Both the position numbers and the translations under genes were made by a program. Positions 39,361 through 50,029 of a DNA stretch of 64,000 nucleotides are shown one piece after another. The first letter of the stretch is position 1. Each line of letters begins with the position of its first letter. This stretch comes from an uncultured Armatimonadetes bacterium (GTDB taxonomy: Bacteria > Armatimonadota > Hebobacteria > Hebobacterales > Hebobacteraceae): positions 2,528,001 to 2,592,000 of the forward strand of contig OY970296.1 in the NCBI GenBank assembly GCA_963716175.1, given 5' to 3'. The notes under the pieces are model-generated. The model was not told the origin of the DNA. It searched no databases and saw only the letters and a list, made by a program, of their open reading frames with translations.

Positions 39361-40271
39361 GCCTGCGCTCCGTCCTGCAATCCGATAAGTTCATCGTTAC
39401 CTCGGAGGTGGGCCCTCCCAAGGGCACCAACATGGGGCACGTGTTGGAGGAGGCCAAGCTGCTGGTCCCGCTGGTGGACGGGATCAACGTGACCGACATC
39501 CAGGCCGCGGCGATGCGCATCGGCTCCATGGCCACCTGCCACCTGATCAAGGACCTGGGCGGAGAGCCGGTGCTGCAGATGGTCTGTCGGGATCGCAACC
39601 GGCTGGCCCTGCAGAGCGACCTGCTGTCGGCCTGGGTGCTGGGGATCGAGAACGTGCTCTGCCTCACCGGGGATCACCCCACCCTGGGGGACCACAAGGG
39701 TGCGAAGGCGGTCTATGATCTGGATTCGGTGCAGCTTCTGAAGGTGGCCAAGGGCCTGAACGAAGGCCACGATATGATGGGCAATGAGCTGGATGGCAAG
39801 CCGGACTTCTGCCTTGGGGCAGTGGTGACCCCGGGCGGCAACCCGGTGGAGATGCAGATCATGAAGCTGGAGAAGAAAGTGGAGGCGGGGGCGGAGTTCG
39901 TCCAGAGCCAGGCGGTCTATGATGTGGCTGCCTTCGCCGAGTTCATGGAGCAGGCGAGTCAGATCAAGGTGCCGGTGCTGGCCGGCATCGTGCTGCTGAA
40001 GTCGGCCGGCATGGCCCGTTACATGAACAAGAATGTGGCTGGCGTCACCGTGCCGGACGATCTGATCAAGGAGATGGCCCAGGCCGGGGAGGCGGACAAG
40101 GCGGCGAAGGCGGAGGGGAAGAAGGGCGGCCATCAGGTGAAAGCCAGCATCGAGATCGCCGCCCGGCTGATCCGGGGCCTGAAGCCGCTGTGCCGGGGCG
40201 TCCATCTCATGCCCCTGGGCTGGGGGCACCAAGTGCCGGCTGTGCTCAAGGCGGCGGATCTGCGGGCATAA
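39357..40271 (+). CDS. metF: Methylenetetrahydrofolate reductase
   Basis: TSEVGPPKG, NVTD, CRDRNRLALQSDL, LTGDHP, YDLDS. Confidence 0.95.
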   Translation: MSLRSVLQSDKFIVTSEVGPPKGTNMGHVLEEAKLLVPLVDGINVTDIQAAAMRIGSMATCHLIKDLGGEPVLQMVCRDRNRLALQSDLLSAWVLGIENVLCLTGDHPTLGDHKGAKAVYDLDSVQLLKVAKGLNEGHDMMGNELDGKPDFCLGAVVTPGGNPVEMQIMKLEKKVEAGAEFVQSQAVYDVAAFAEFMEQASQIKVPVLAGIVLLKSAGMARYMNKNVAGVTVPDDLIKEMAQAGEADKAAKAEGKKGGHQVKASIEIAARLIRGLKPLCRGVHLMPLGWGHQVPAVLKAADLRA

Positions 40272-40312
40272 CAGGCTGTGTCTGAGAGAATCGCTGGGAA
40301 GGTTGAGGATCA

Positions 40313-42548
40313 ATGTCAAGGATAGTCGCTGCTGCCGCTATACGCGGGTCACATGTGGTCGTGGCCGAGGCCGAGGAGAAGCTGGAGGCCGCCATCGCAA
40401 AGCACGGGGAGAAGCAGCGTCTCGAGTTTCCCGAGACGGCGTTCTTCCTGCCCATGGCAAACGCACTGCTGGGCCTGGATGTGAGCACCCTGGGGGAGGC
40501 GCGGCAGGTGCTGGAGACGGCCCAGAGTCTGCTCACCGACGAGCCCTCAGAGCAGGTCTGGCTGCCCTACCTCTCCGGCGCCCTGGACGCGGGCATCGCC
40601 ACCCTGCTGGGCGAGGAGCTGATCAAGGCGCTCGCTACCTGGAGGGAGAGGAGCCGAAGGAGGGCTGGCACGGCTTCATCTCCGACACCATCCTGCGCAC
40701 GCTGGGCATCCAGCTGGTGGACGGCCGGCTGCCCGGCTTCGCCGCCATCGTGGGCGCGGCGCCCGGACACCGAGACCGCGGTGAACGTCGATCCGGGAGC
40801 TGCAGAAGCGCAACATCCTCACCTTCCTGATCGGCAATCACCGAGGGCCGCACCATGCGCGACCAGCTGATCGAGGCCAAGGTGCTTCCCAAGGACGCCA
40901 CCGAGACCGAGGACGGCGATCTGAAGAAGGCCTGGTGGGGCCGCTACATCGTCCCCCTGGGCCCGGACACGGAGTCCATCATCTATGCCCTGAACTGGGC
41001 GATCCGCGGCGCGCTCACCTTCGGCGGTCACAAGAAGGGCCAGTGGAGAGAGTGCCTGAACTACACCCGGGCCCGCATCTTCGCCTTCGGCCTGGGCCTG
41101 GGCGACCTGGACGACCTGAAGTACGCCAGCGGCGCCGGGGCGATCAACATGGGCTTCCCGGTGATCGCGGACACGGAGATCCCGGAGATCCGGCCCACCG
41201 GCGTCTGCACCTACGAGGAGCTGGTGCGGGAGCTCGACCACCGGCGCATCGTAGAGACCAGTGTCGAGGTGCGCGGGGTCAAGGTCACGGTCTCCAAGAT
41301 CGACATTCCGGTGCCGGTGGCCGCCGCCTTCGAGGGAGAGACCGTGCGCCGCGAGGAGATGCAGGTCCAGTTCGGCGGCAAGTACAGCGCCGCCTTCGAG
41401 TACCTGCGCATGCGGCGAGATGGACGAGGTCGAGGACGGCAAGATCGAACTGATCGGGGCGGACTGCGACAACGTCGAGGTGGGCGGGGCCATGCCCCTG
41501 GGCTTCCTGATCGAGGTGGCCGGTCGCAAGATGCAGAAGGACTTCGAGCCCATTCTGGAGCGGCAGGTGCACACCATCGTCAACCACGCCATGGGCGTGT
41601 TCCACATGGGCCAGCGCAACCTGACCTGGGTCCGGATCAGCAAGGACGCCTTCAAGGCCGGCTTCCGCCTGCGGCACTTCGGCGAGCTGTTGCGGGCCGA
41701 ATACCTGCAGAAGTTCCCGGCCCTGGTGGACAAGGTGCAGGTGACCATCTTCACCGACGAAGGGGCAGATGCCGCCAGTGCTGGCTGAGGCCCGCCAGGT
41801 CTGCGCAGGCGCGCGACGCGCGCGTGGCCGGGATGACCGACGAGAGCGTGGACACCTTCTACTCCTGCACTCTCTGCCAGTCCTATGCCCCCAACCACGT
41901 CTGCGTCATCAGCCCGGAGCGGCTGGGGCTCTGCGGCGCCTACAACTGGCTGGACGGGCGCGCCGCCTACGAGATCAACCCGGCCGGCGCCAACCAGCCG
42001 GTGGTCAAGGGCCGGGTGATAGACCCGGTGAAGGGGCAGTGGGAGGGAGTGAACGAGTTCGTCTACCAGACCTCCAACAAGAGCGTGGAGCGGTTCAACG
42101 CCTACTCGCTGATGGAGGACCCCATGACCTCCTGCGGCTGCTTCGAGTGCATCATGGCCATCCTGCCCGACCTCCCGGCCAGGCGCACGGGGTGATGATC
42201 GTGAACCGGGAGTACCCTGGCATGACTCCTTGCGGCATGGCCTTCACCACCCTGGCGGGAAGCGTCGGCGGCGGCCTCCAGACCCCGGGCTTCCTGGGCA
42301 TCGGTCGGCTCTACATCGTCAGCCGCAAGTTCATCTCGGCCGAGGGCGGGCTGCCTCGCATCCTGTGGATGCCCAAGGAGCTGAAGGAGGCGCTCGCCGA
42401 CGGAATCAAGGCGCGGGCGGAGCAGTTGGGGATACCGGATCTCTACGATAAGATCGCGGACGAGTCCGTGGCCACGGATATCGAGCAGCTCACTCCCTGG
42501 CTCCAGGAGCGGGACCATCCGGCGTTCAAGATGGAACCTTTGCTGTAG
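40313..42548 (+). CDS. acsB: Acetyl-CoA synthase (bacterial AcsB), broken by at least seven frameshifts as assembled
   Basis: MSRIVAAAAIRG, FYSCTLCQSYAPNHVC, ERLGLCGAYNWLD, PMTSCGCFE, TPCGM...GGGLQTPGF; the pieces alternate between reading frames. Confidence 0.92.
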
Positions 42549-42584
42549 GGCGGGCATGCCCGCCGACTCACCGGAGGTAGAACC

Positions 42585-43928
42585 TTGGGCCTAACAGGTA
42601 TAGACATCTTCAAGCAGCTCCCGAAAACGAACTGCCGCGAGTGCGGGCAGCCGACCTGCCTCGCCTTCGCCATGAAGCTGGCGCAGAAGCAGGCGAGCCT
42701 GGATCAGTGCCCCTACGTCTCAGAGGAGGCGAAGGCGGCGCTGGCCGGGGCCTCGGCCCCGCCCATCAAGCTGGTCACCATCGGCGCCGGGGAGCGCAAG
42801 CTGGAGGTCGGCAACGAGACCGTGCTCTTCCGCCACGACGAGACTTTCTACCATCCCACCGGGCTGGCGGTGCTGGTGGACGCCGCCCTGCCAGAGGCGG
42901 AGCTGGCGGCCCGCATCACCGGGGTAGGGGAGGTGGAGTTCGAGCGCGTGGGCCAGAAGCTGCGGTTGGACGCGGTGGCGGTGAAGGGCGATGGGGAGGC
43001 CTTCGTGAAAGCCGCCGGTGTGGCCGCGGAGAAGTCCGCGGTGCCGGTTATCCTGATGAACGAGGACCCGGCGGTGATGGGGCAGGCGCTCTCCACCTAT
43101 GCCGGAAAGCGCCCGCTTATCTACGCCGCGACCGCGGACAATGTCGAGGCCATGGCAGCTCTCGCGAAACAGCACTCCTGCCCGCTGGCGGTGCGAGGCC
43201 GGGACCTGGCCTCACTTGCCGAGCTCTCCGAGAAGGCCCAGGCCGCCGGCGCCACCGACCTGGTGCTCGATTCGGGCGCCCGCACCACCGCCGAGGTGCT
43301 GGCCAACGAGACCGCCATCCGGCGGGCGGCGATCCGGAAGCGGTTCCGGCCCCTGGGCTTCCCTACCATCACCTTCACGGAGGCCGCCGACGCCGCGCAG
43401 GAGGCGCTTCAGGCCTCCACCTACATCATGAAGTACGCTGGCCTGGTGGTGCTGGGCCGGATGGAGGCCTGGGAGCTGCTGACCCTGATCACCCTGCGCC
43501 AGAACATCTTCACCGACCCTCAGAAGCCCATCCAGATCGAGGAGGGGCTCTACCAGATCGGCACCCCGGATGAGAACTCGCCGGTGTTGGTCACCACCAA
43601 CTTCTCCCTCACCTACTTCACGGTGGAGGGGGATGTGGAGGCGAGCCGGGTGCCGGCCTGGGTGGTGGTGGTTGACACCGAGGGCACCTCGGTGCTGACC
43701 GCGTGGGCGGCCGAGAAGTTCACCGCCGCGGTGATCGCGCAGAAGGTGAAGGCCTGCGATGTGGGCAGCAAGGTCAAGCATCGCAAGCTGATCATACCCG
43801 GTCATGTGGCGGTGCTGAGCGGCAAGCTGGAAGATGAGCTGGGGCAGGAATGGAAGGTGATCGTGGGCCCGCGGGAGTCTTCCGGCATCCCGAGCTTCCT
43901 GCGGACCTCCTGGTCGGCCCAGGGGTGA
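42585..43928 (+). CDS. acsC: Corrinoid iron-sulfur protein large subunit
   Basis: LPKTNCRECGQPTCLAFAM, RQNIFTDPQKP, TTNFSLTYF, SVLTAWAA. Confidence 0.97.
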   Translation: MGLTGIDIFKQLPKTNCRECGQPTCLAFAMKLAQKQASLDQCPYVSEEAKAALAGASAPPIKLVTIGAGERKLEVGNETVLFRHDETFYHPTGLAVLVDAALPEAELAARITGVGEVEFERVGQKLRLDAVAVKGDGEAFVKAAGVAAEKSAVPVILMNEDPAVMGQALSTYAGKRPLIYAATADNVEAMAALAKQHSCPLAVRGRDLASLAELSEKAQAAGATDLVLDSGARTTAEVLANETAIRRAAIRKRFRPLGFPTITFTEAADAAQEALQASTYIMKYAGLVVLGRMEAWELLTLITLRQNIFTDPQKPIQIEEGLYQIGTPDENSPVLVTTNFSLTYFTVEGDVEASRVPAWVVVVDTEGTSVLTAWAAEKFTAAVIAQKVKACDVGSKVKHRKLIIPGHVAVLSGKLEDELGQEWKVIVGPRESSGIPSFLRTSWSAQG

Positions 43929-43969
43929 GCGGCCGCACAAACCCAGGAGGCCGACGACGGTGCGGTGTG

Positions 43970-45872
43970 ATGAGCAGCTACATCGTAGTGTTCCTACCCG
44001 ACGGCGCGTGCGTGGAGGCGGAACCGGGCCAGACCATCCTTGAGGTGGCCAGCGCGGCCGGGGTGGCGATTGACTCGGCCTGCGGGGGCCAGGGGACCTG
44101 CGGCAAGTGCAAGGTGATCGTGCCCCTGGGCCGGCCTGGTGGCAGTCCAGGTGACCAGCTTTCCCCTGAGGAGCGAGAGCGAGGGGTGGTCCTCGCCTGC
44201 CAGGCCACCGTGGAGGATGACCTGGTGGTGGAGGTGCCCCTGGAATCGCAGCGAGGCGAGCTGCAGATCCTCATCGGCCACCCCGAGCCGGAGTCCGCGC
44301 TGGTGGAGGCTGATATCCCGCTGGCGGAACGAGTTCCCCTGGCGCTGGACCCGCCGGACCTGAGCCGGAGCTATGGCGATGACGAGCGCCTGCTGGGGGC
44401 ACTGCGGGCCAGCCGGGGCGACCGCTTCTCCGACTGCTCGGTTGATCTGAGTGCCCTGCGGGCCTTGTCCCGGGTGGCGCGACTAGAACAGGGCGAGCTG
44501 GATGCCCTCGTCGGCGACTTCGATGGTGCGGGCCGGGTTTTCGGCCTGGAGGCGACGGGCACCGCGGGAAGCTATGGGCTGGCGGTGGATGTGGGCACCA
44601 CCACCGTCGTGGTGCACCTGGTTGACCTGGCCACCGCAGGCTTTCTGGACGCGTGCGCTTCGCTCAACGACCAGGTGGTGCACGGGGAGGATGTGATCTC
44701 GCGCATCATCTACACGCAGGAGCGCGCGGGAGGGCTGGCGGAACTGCGGCAGGACGCCCTCGCCACCATCAACCGGTGTGTGCGCGAGCTGGTGCAGAGG
44801 CAGGAAATCAGCGCGGACAGCATCCTGGCCGCCGCCTGCGTGGGCAACACCGTTATGACCCATCTTCTGCTGGGGATTGATCCCGCCTCCATCCGGCGGG
44901 AGCCGTATGTCCCGGCGGTGAGGTCCGTGCCCACGCTGCGGGCGGAGGAGGTGGGACTGGAGATGAGAGCCGGGGCGCCGGTCTACCTGGCGCCCTGTGT
45001 GAGCAGCTATGTGGGCGGAGATGTCACCGCGGGGGTGCTGGCGACCGCGATGGGCGACTCACCCCGGTTGACCCTGTTCATTGACCTGGGCACGAACGGG
45101 GAGATCGTGATCGGCAATCGAGACTGGCTGGTGTGCTGCTCGTGCTCGGCGGGGCCGGCCTTCGAGGGCTCGGGGGTGGAGTATGGGATGTACGCCACGG
45201 TGGGAGCGATCGAGCGGCTCTCCTACCACGCACAGACCGACCGCGTGGAGTACATGACCATCGGGGAGGCGAAGCCGCGCGGCATCTGCGGGTCCGGCCT
45301 GGTGGACGCGCTGGCCACCCTGATGCGGGCTGGGGTGATAGACCGGGCGGGCCGCATTAACCTGGGCTTTCCCAGCAGGCGGGTGCGCGTGCGCCAAGAG
45401 CGGCCCGAGTTTGTGCTGGTCTGGGGGGAGGAGGTGGGCCGGGCCGATGATATCTCGCTGGGGGAGGACGGCATCCAGAATCTGATTCGCGCCAAAGCCG
45501 CGGTCTACGCCGGGGCGGCGACGGTGCTGGAGAGCCTGGGGTTGAAGGCGGCCAGCCTGGAGCAGATCCTGGTGGCCGGCGCCTTCGGGAATTACCTCGA
45601 TGGCGAAAGCGCGGTGATGATCGGGCTGCTGCCCGATGTGCCGCTGGAGCGGATCCGCTTCGTCGGTAACACCGCGGTGGCGGGAGCGCGGTCAGCTCTG
45701 CTCGGGCGAGCCGCGCGCAGGCGGCTGGAGGAGCTGGCCGGGCGGATGACCAACTTTGAACTCAGCCTGGTGCCGGGATACATGGAACGGTACGTCGCTG
45801 GTCTTTTCCTGCCGCACACCGATCTCCGGCTCTTCCCTTCGGTGGCCGGCAAGCTGGAGCTGCGCGGCATGA
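43970..45872 (+). CDS. acsV: ASKHA-domain reductive activator of corrinoid Fe-S protein (RACo/AcsV); runs in frame into the next gene as assembled
   Basis: CGGQGTCGKC [2Fe-2S], DVGTTT, GEDVISRI, DLGTNGE, AGPAFEG, GICGSG. Confidence 0.9.
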
Positions 45873-46979
45873 GCCCGCCACTCTACATCGCCTCCGTGAA
45901 CTCGTACGCGGGGAAGTCGCTGGTCGCGCTGGCTTTGGGCCTGGAGCTGAAGCAGGCTGGCTTTCGGGTGGGCTACATGAAGCCTCTGGGCACGCTGCCC
46001 CATGCGGTGGGCGGTGTCATCACCGATGAGGATGCCTACTTCATCACCCAGCAGTTGAACCCTGACGGCCCCCTGGAGGCGATCTGCCCGGTGCTGCTCA
46101 CCTCGGAGCTGACGCAGCAGGTGCTCACGGGGGAGGCCACCGGACTGGCGACCCGGATCCAGGAGGCGTACGCCCGGGTGGCGGCGGGGCGGGACGTAGT
46201 GATCGTGGGCGGAGTGGGCGATCTGGCGCGGGGTTCGCTGGTGGGGTTGTCGGCGCCCGCCGTGGTGGAACTGCTGGGGGCAAAGGTGGTGGCGCTGGCG
46301 AAGTCCGCCTCCGATGCCACCGTGGAAGAGGTGCTGCTGGCGGGCCGGCTGCTGGGAGAACGGCTCGCGGGCGTGATCTTCAACTTCGCCGGGCCTGACG
46401 ACCAAGAGGCGCTGCGCGGGCCCCTGGGGCAACACTTGGAGCGCCGCGGCATCCCAGTGTTGGGCGTGCTGCCGCCGGACGAGGTGCTGGGCGCGATCAC
46501 GGTGCGGGAGCTGGGCGAACTCCTTCCCGCGAAGCTGCTCTGCTGTGAGAAGGCGCTGGACGAGCTGATCGTGCACTTCGTGATCGGGGCCATGGGTGTG
46601 GCGAGCGCGTCGAAGTACTTCCGCCGAGCGCGCCGACAAGGCCGTGATCACCGGCGGCGACCGGGCCGACATTCAGCTCGCGGCCCTCCAGACCGCGACC
46701 AAGGCGGTCGTGCTGACCGGCAACATCTACCCCAGCGCGGTGATCGTGAAGCGCGCCCAGCAGCTCGGGGTGCCGCTGCTGCTGGCGCCGCACGATACCC
46801 TCACGACGGTGGCGCGAATCGAGCACATCACCGGCCGCCTGCGCATGCGGGAGCGCGCGAAAGTGGTGCGGGCGCAAGCGCTCTTTCAGAGACACGTTGA
46901 TCTGGGCCGGCTGCGCACGGTGGCCGGACTGGCCGGCGCGCCCGGTGCCAGCCAACCAACCGCCGGAAAGGGAAACTGA
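45869..46979 (+). CDS. Second Pta N-terminal-like (P-loop + DRTGG) protein; frameshift near 46630
   Basis: YAGKS, VGYMKPLG, then ITGGDRADIQ in ORF 46596-46979; paralog of 26198-27259. Confidence 0.82.
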
Positions 46980-46981
46980 CC

Positions 46982-47947
46982 ATGCCGTTCGAGATGCCGG
47001 TCGAGAAGTGGGCGAGCGCGGTGAACAGCGTGACCATCGGGGCCACCGCGGCGGAGGGCGGCACTCGCACCTCCCTGGTCACCGTGGGCGGGGATACCAG
47101 TCTGCCCTTCCTCCATTTCGAGGGCAAGACGCCGCACCGGCCGGCCATCGCCATGGAGGTGCAGGATATCCCACCGCAGGATCTCCCCGCTCCCCTGGCC
47201 GAGGCGCTGGGCGACGTGTGCAGCGATCCCGCGGCCTGGGCGCACAAGTGCGTGGAGCAATTCGGGGCCGATCTCATCTGTCTCCGCTTGCTGGGGGCCC
47301 ACCCCGAGCGAGGCGACCGCTCGCCGGAGGCCTGCGGCCAGGCGGTGAAGTCGGTGCTGCAGGCGGTGGGGGTTCCTCTCATCATCTGGGGATGTGGCCA
47401 GGCGGACAAGGACAATGAGGTGATGCCCCGCTGCAGCGAGGTAGCGGCCAGCGAAAACTGCCTGCTGGGCACGGCCAGTCAGGACAGCTACAAGACCATC
47501 ACCGCCGCCTGCCTGGCCGATGGGCACAAGCTGATCACGGAGGCCCCGCTCGACATCAACATCCAGAAGCAGGTGAACATCCTGGTCTCCGAGGCGGGGA
47601 TTGACCTGTCTCGCATCATCATGTACCAGGCCACCGGCGGGTTGGGCTATGGCCTGGAGTACGCCTACTCCATCATGGAGCGCACCCGGCTGGCGGCCCT
47701 TTCCGGTGACCGCATGCTCGCCATGCCGATGCTGGCCCTGGTGGGGTCCGAGTGTTGGCGGGCCAAGGAGGCTCGCACCCCGGAGGAGACGGCCCCGGGG
47801 TGGGGCGCGGCGGCCGACCGAGGCGTGATCTGGGAAGCAACCACCGCCACCAGCTTCCTGCACGGCGGCACTCACATCTTCGTGATGTGGCATCCCAGGG
47901 CGGCCGCGCTGCTGCGCGAGATGATAGATTCCCTCATGAGTCCCTAG
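46982..47947 (+). CDS. acsD: Corrinoid iron-sulfur protein small subunit
   Basis: LPFLHFEG, APLDINIQKQVN, GLGYGLEYAYSIMER, MWHP. Confidence 0.96.
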   Translation: MPFEMPVEKWASAVNSVTIGATAAEGGTRTSLVTVGGDTSLPFLHFEGKTPHRPAIAMEVQDIPPQDLPAPLAEALGDVCSDPAAWAHKCVEQFGADLICLRLLGAHPERGDRSPEACGQAVKSVLQAVGVPLIIWGCGQADKDNEVMPRCSEVAASENCLLGTASQDSYKTITAACLADGHKLITEAPLDINIQKQVNILVSEAGIDLSRIIMYQATGGLGYGLEYAYSIMERTRLAALSGDRMLAMPMLALVGSECWRAKEARTPEETAPGWGAAADRGVIWEATTATSFLHGGTHIFVMWHPRAAALLREMIDSLMSP

Positions 47948-48004
47948 GCCCGAGGGCCGGGATCGCGGCCTGCGGAGCAGGCCCAGCCACAAGGAGGCTT
48001 GAGC

Positions 48005-48797
48005 ATGTACGCCATCGGTGAACGCATCAACGGGATGTTCCGCTCCGTGGGCGCGGCCATCGGGGAGAAGAACCCTGAGCCCATCCAGCAGCTGGCGCGG
48101 GCCCAACTGGCGGCCGGGGCCACCGCCCTGGATGTCAATGTGGGCCCGGCCGCAGCCGATCCTCTGGCCGCCATGGCATGGCTGGTGAAGAGCATCCGCG
48201 AGGTCACCGACGCGCCCCTCGCCATAGATACCACCAAGCCGGAGGTGATGCAGCGCGGCCTGGAGCTGGCCGGCCCGGGCTCCATCATCAACTCCACCAA
48301 GGGCCAGCAGGAGCAGCTCGACATCTTCCTGCCCATGGCCAGGGAGCACCAAGGCCTCCGTCATCGTGCTCACCATTGACGAGAACGGCATCCCACGCGA
48401 CGCCAGCGGCCGCAGCGAGATCGCGCTGCGGGCGGTGGCGGCGGCCATGGAGCACGGCCTGGACCTGGACCGTTTGATGATTGATGCCGTGATCCTCCCC
48501 GCGAACGTCGCCCAGCCCACCGCGGGCCACGTGCTGGAAACTATCCGCAACGTGAAGCTGATTGCCGAGCCGCCGCCCAAGACCGTGCTGGGCTTGAGCA
48601 ATGTCTCGCAGGGGACCACGCAGCGGGCGCTGATCAACCGCACCTACCTGGTGATGGCCCTGGCCGCGGGGCTGGACGCCGCCATCCTCGATGTTCTCGA
48701 CACCGCCATGATGGACGCCATGATCACGGCCGAGCTGCTGATGAACCACGCCGTGTACTGCGATGATTTCCTGCGAGCCTATCGCTCATCGCAGTGA
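48005..48797 (+). CDS. acsE: Methyl-THF:corrinoid Fe-S protein methyltransferase; frameshift near 48350
   Basis: IGERING, LDVNVG, LAIDT, IINS, then GLSNVSQ...LINRTYL...GLDAAI. Confidence 0.92.
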
Positions 48798-48859
48798 GGC
48801 CGAAGGGGCGAATCCTGGGCGGCGGGCCCTTGAACCCGCATCTGATACTGGAGGCTGAA

Positions 48860-49576
48860 GTGCGTGTGGAGATCGTGCATACCGGGGGCCGGTACGTGGA
48901 GCGCGTGCTGGCCTACCTGTCGGCCGCCTCGCCCGGCGATGTCACCGCCTACCAGGTGCCGCGGGGACTGCCTCCGATCCTGGATGACGGCGCCGAATAT
49001 CTGCCTGCCGAGCTGGGCGCTGCCGAGGTGATCATCGCCATCAACATCCACCCCGAGCTGCTGCTGGGCATTCCCGATCTGGTCAAAGGGCGCAACGCCC
49101 GCGGGTTGATCGCGCCCATCGAGGACCCGAACTGGATCAAGCCGGGCCTCGAGCGTCAGGTCACGCAGGCCTGCGTCCGGAGTGGCATCGAGTCGGCCTT
49201 CCCCAAGCCCTTCTGCGCGCTGGAGGGCAGCTCGCCGGTGATCGCGGAGTTCTCCCGGCTCTACCGGGTCGGCGCGCCGCTGCTCAGGATCAGCCAGGCC
49301 GAGGGCAAGGTGGTGGCAGTCGAGGTGCTGCGGGGGTCGCCTTGCGGCCTCACCGATTTCGTGGCCAAGAGTCTGGTGGGGCTGCCCGCGGATGAGTCCT
49401 TGCCGGAGAAAGCGGGCCAGCTCCATCATGCCTATCCCTGCCTCGCCAGCATGGGCCTCGATCCGGCCACCGGGGACACCATCATGCACGCCTCCCTTTA
49501 CCTGGTCAGGGAGCGGGTGGCGCAAGCGCTGCGCGCCTCCGGGGGTGCGGCGGAGCCGCAGCCCAAGATGCGGTAG
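48860..49576 (+). CDS. DUF166-like protein
   Basis: LPPILDD, IHPEL, FPKPFCAL, VLRGSPCG, HHAYPCLASM...DTIMH. Confidence 0.7.
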   Translation: MRVEIVHTGGRYVERVLAYLSAASPGDVTAYQVPRGLPPILDDGAEYLPAELGAAEVIIAINIHPELLLGIPDLVKGRNARGLIAPIEDPNWIKPGLERQVTQACVRSGIESAFPKPFCALEGSSPVIAEFSRLYRVGAPLLRISQAEGKVVAVEVLRGSPCGLTDFVAKSLVGLPADESLPEKAGQLHHAYPCLASMGLDPATGDTIMHASLYLVRERVAQALRASGGAAEPQPKMR

Positions 49577-49743
49577 CTCGGAGCAAGCGTGCGCCGATGC
49601 CGCTCTCTGGAACAGCCTCACTATCTATGGAGTCCCTGGAATCATGGGAATAGCACATGATCCCAGAAACTCCTCAGAAGCAGGAGTAGGGCTCGTGAGG
49701 CCAGTTCTCTTGCCTCATGGTTGTTACCGAGGCAAGAGAATCG

Positions 49744-49875
49744 CTAGAAGCTGTTTCATAACCTCCCCTGAGGAGGCTATGAAACAGCACTGCACAACGT
49801 CAGGCCGTGGCAGGCGCATTTCATGCGAGGGCGTGGTGCGGCCAGCCAGCCGGTAGGTTACGAAATGCGCTCTAG
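49744..49875. repeat. CTAG-flanked MITE-like composite palindrome containing the 72-nt repeat
   Basis: Left end CTAG-AAGCTGTTTCATAACCT; right end reverse complement CTAG-AGCGCATTTCGTAACCT. Confidence 0.55.
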
Positions 49876-50029
49876 TGCGATGGGCGCACGCCCGGCCTGA
49901 AGGCAAAGCCGCGGGCGCGAAGAAGTAAAAGGCCGGGTTGAGCCGATTCTCTTCGGCTCCGGTCAGAGCAGGCCGCTCTGGCGTCGGCCGAGCGGGGCGA
50001 GCGCCATCACTATTGGGAGGTAGAAGAGC

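Noticed and set aside
26198-49576. Selenocysteine recoding in Wood-Ljungdahl genes
   Set aside because: Breaks are frame changes rather than in-frame TGA at Cys positions; no fdh or sel genes in the window
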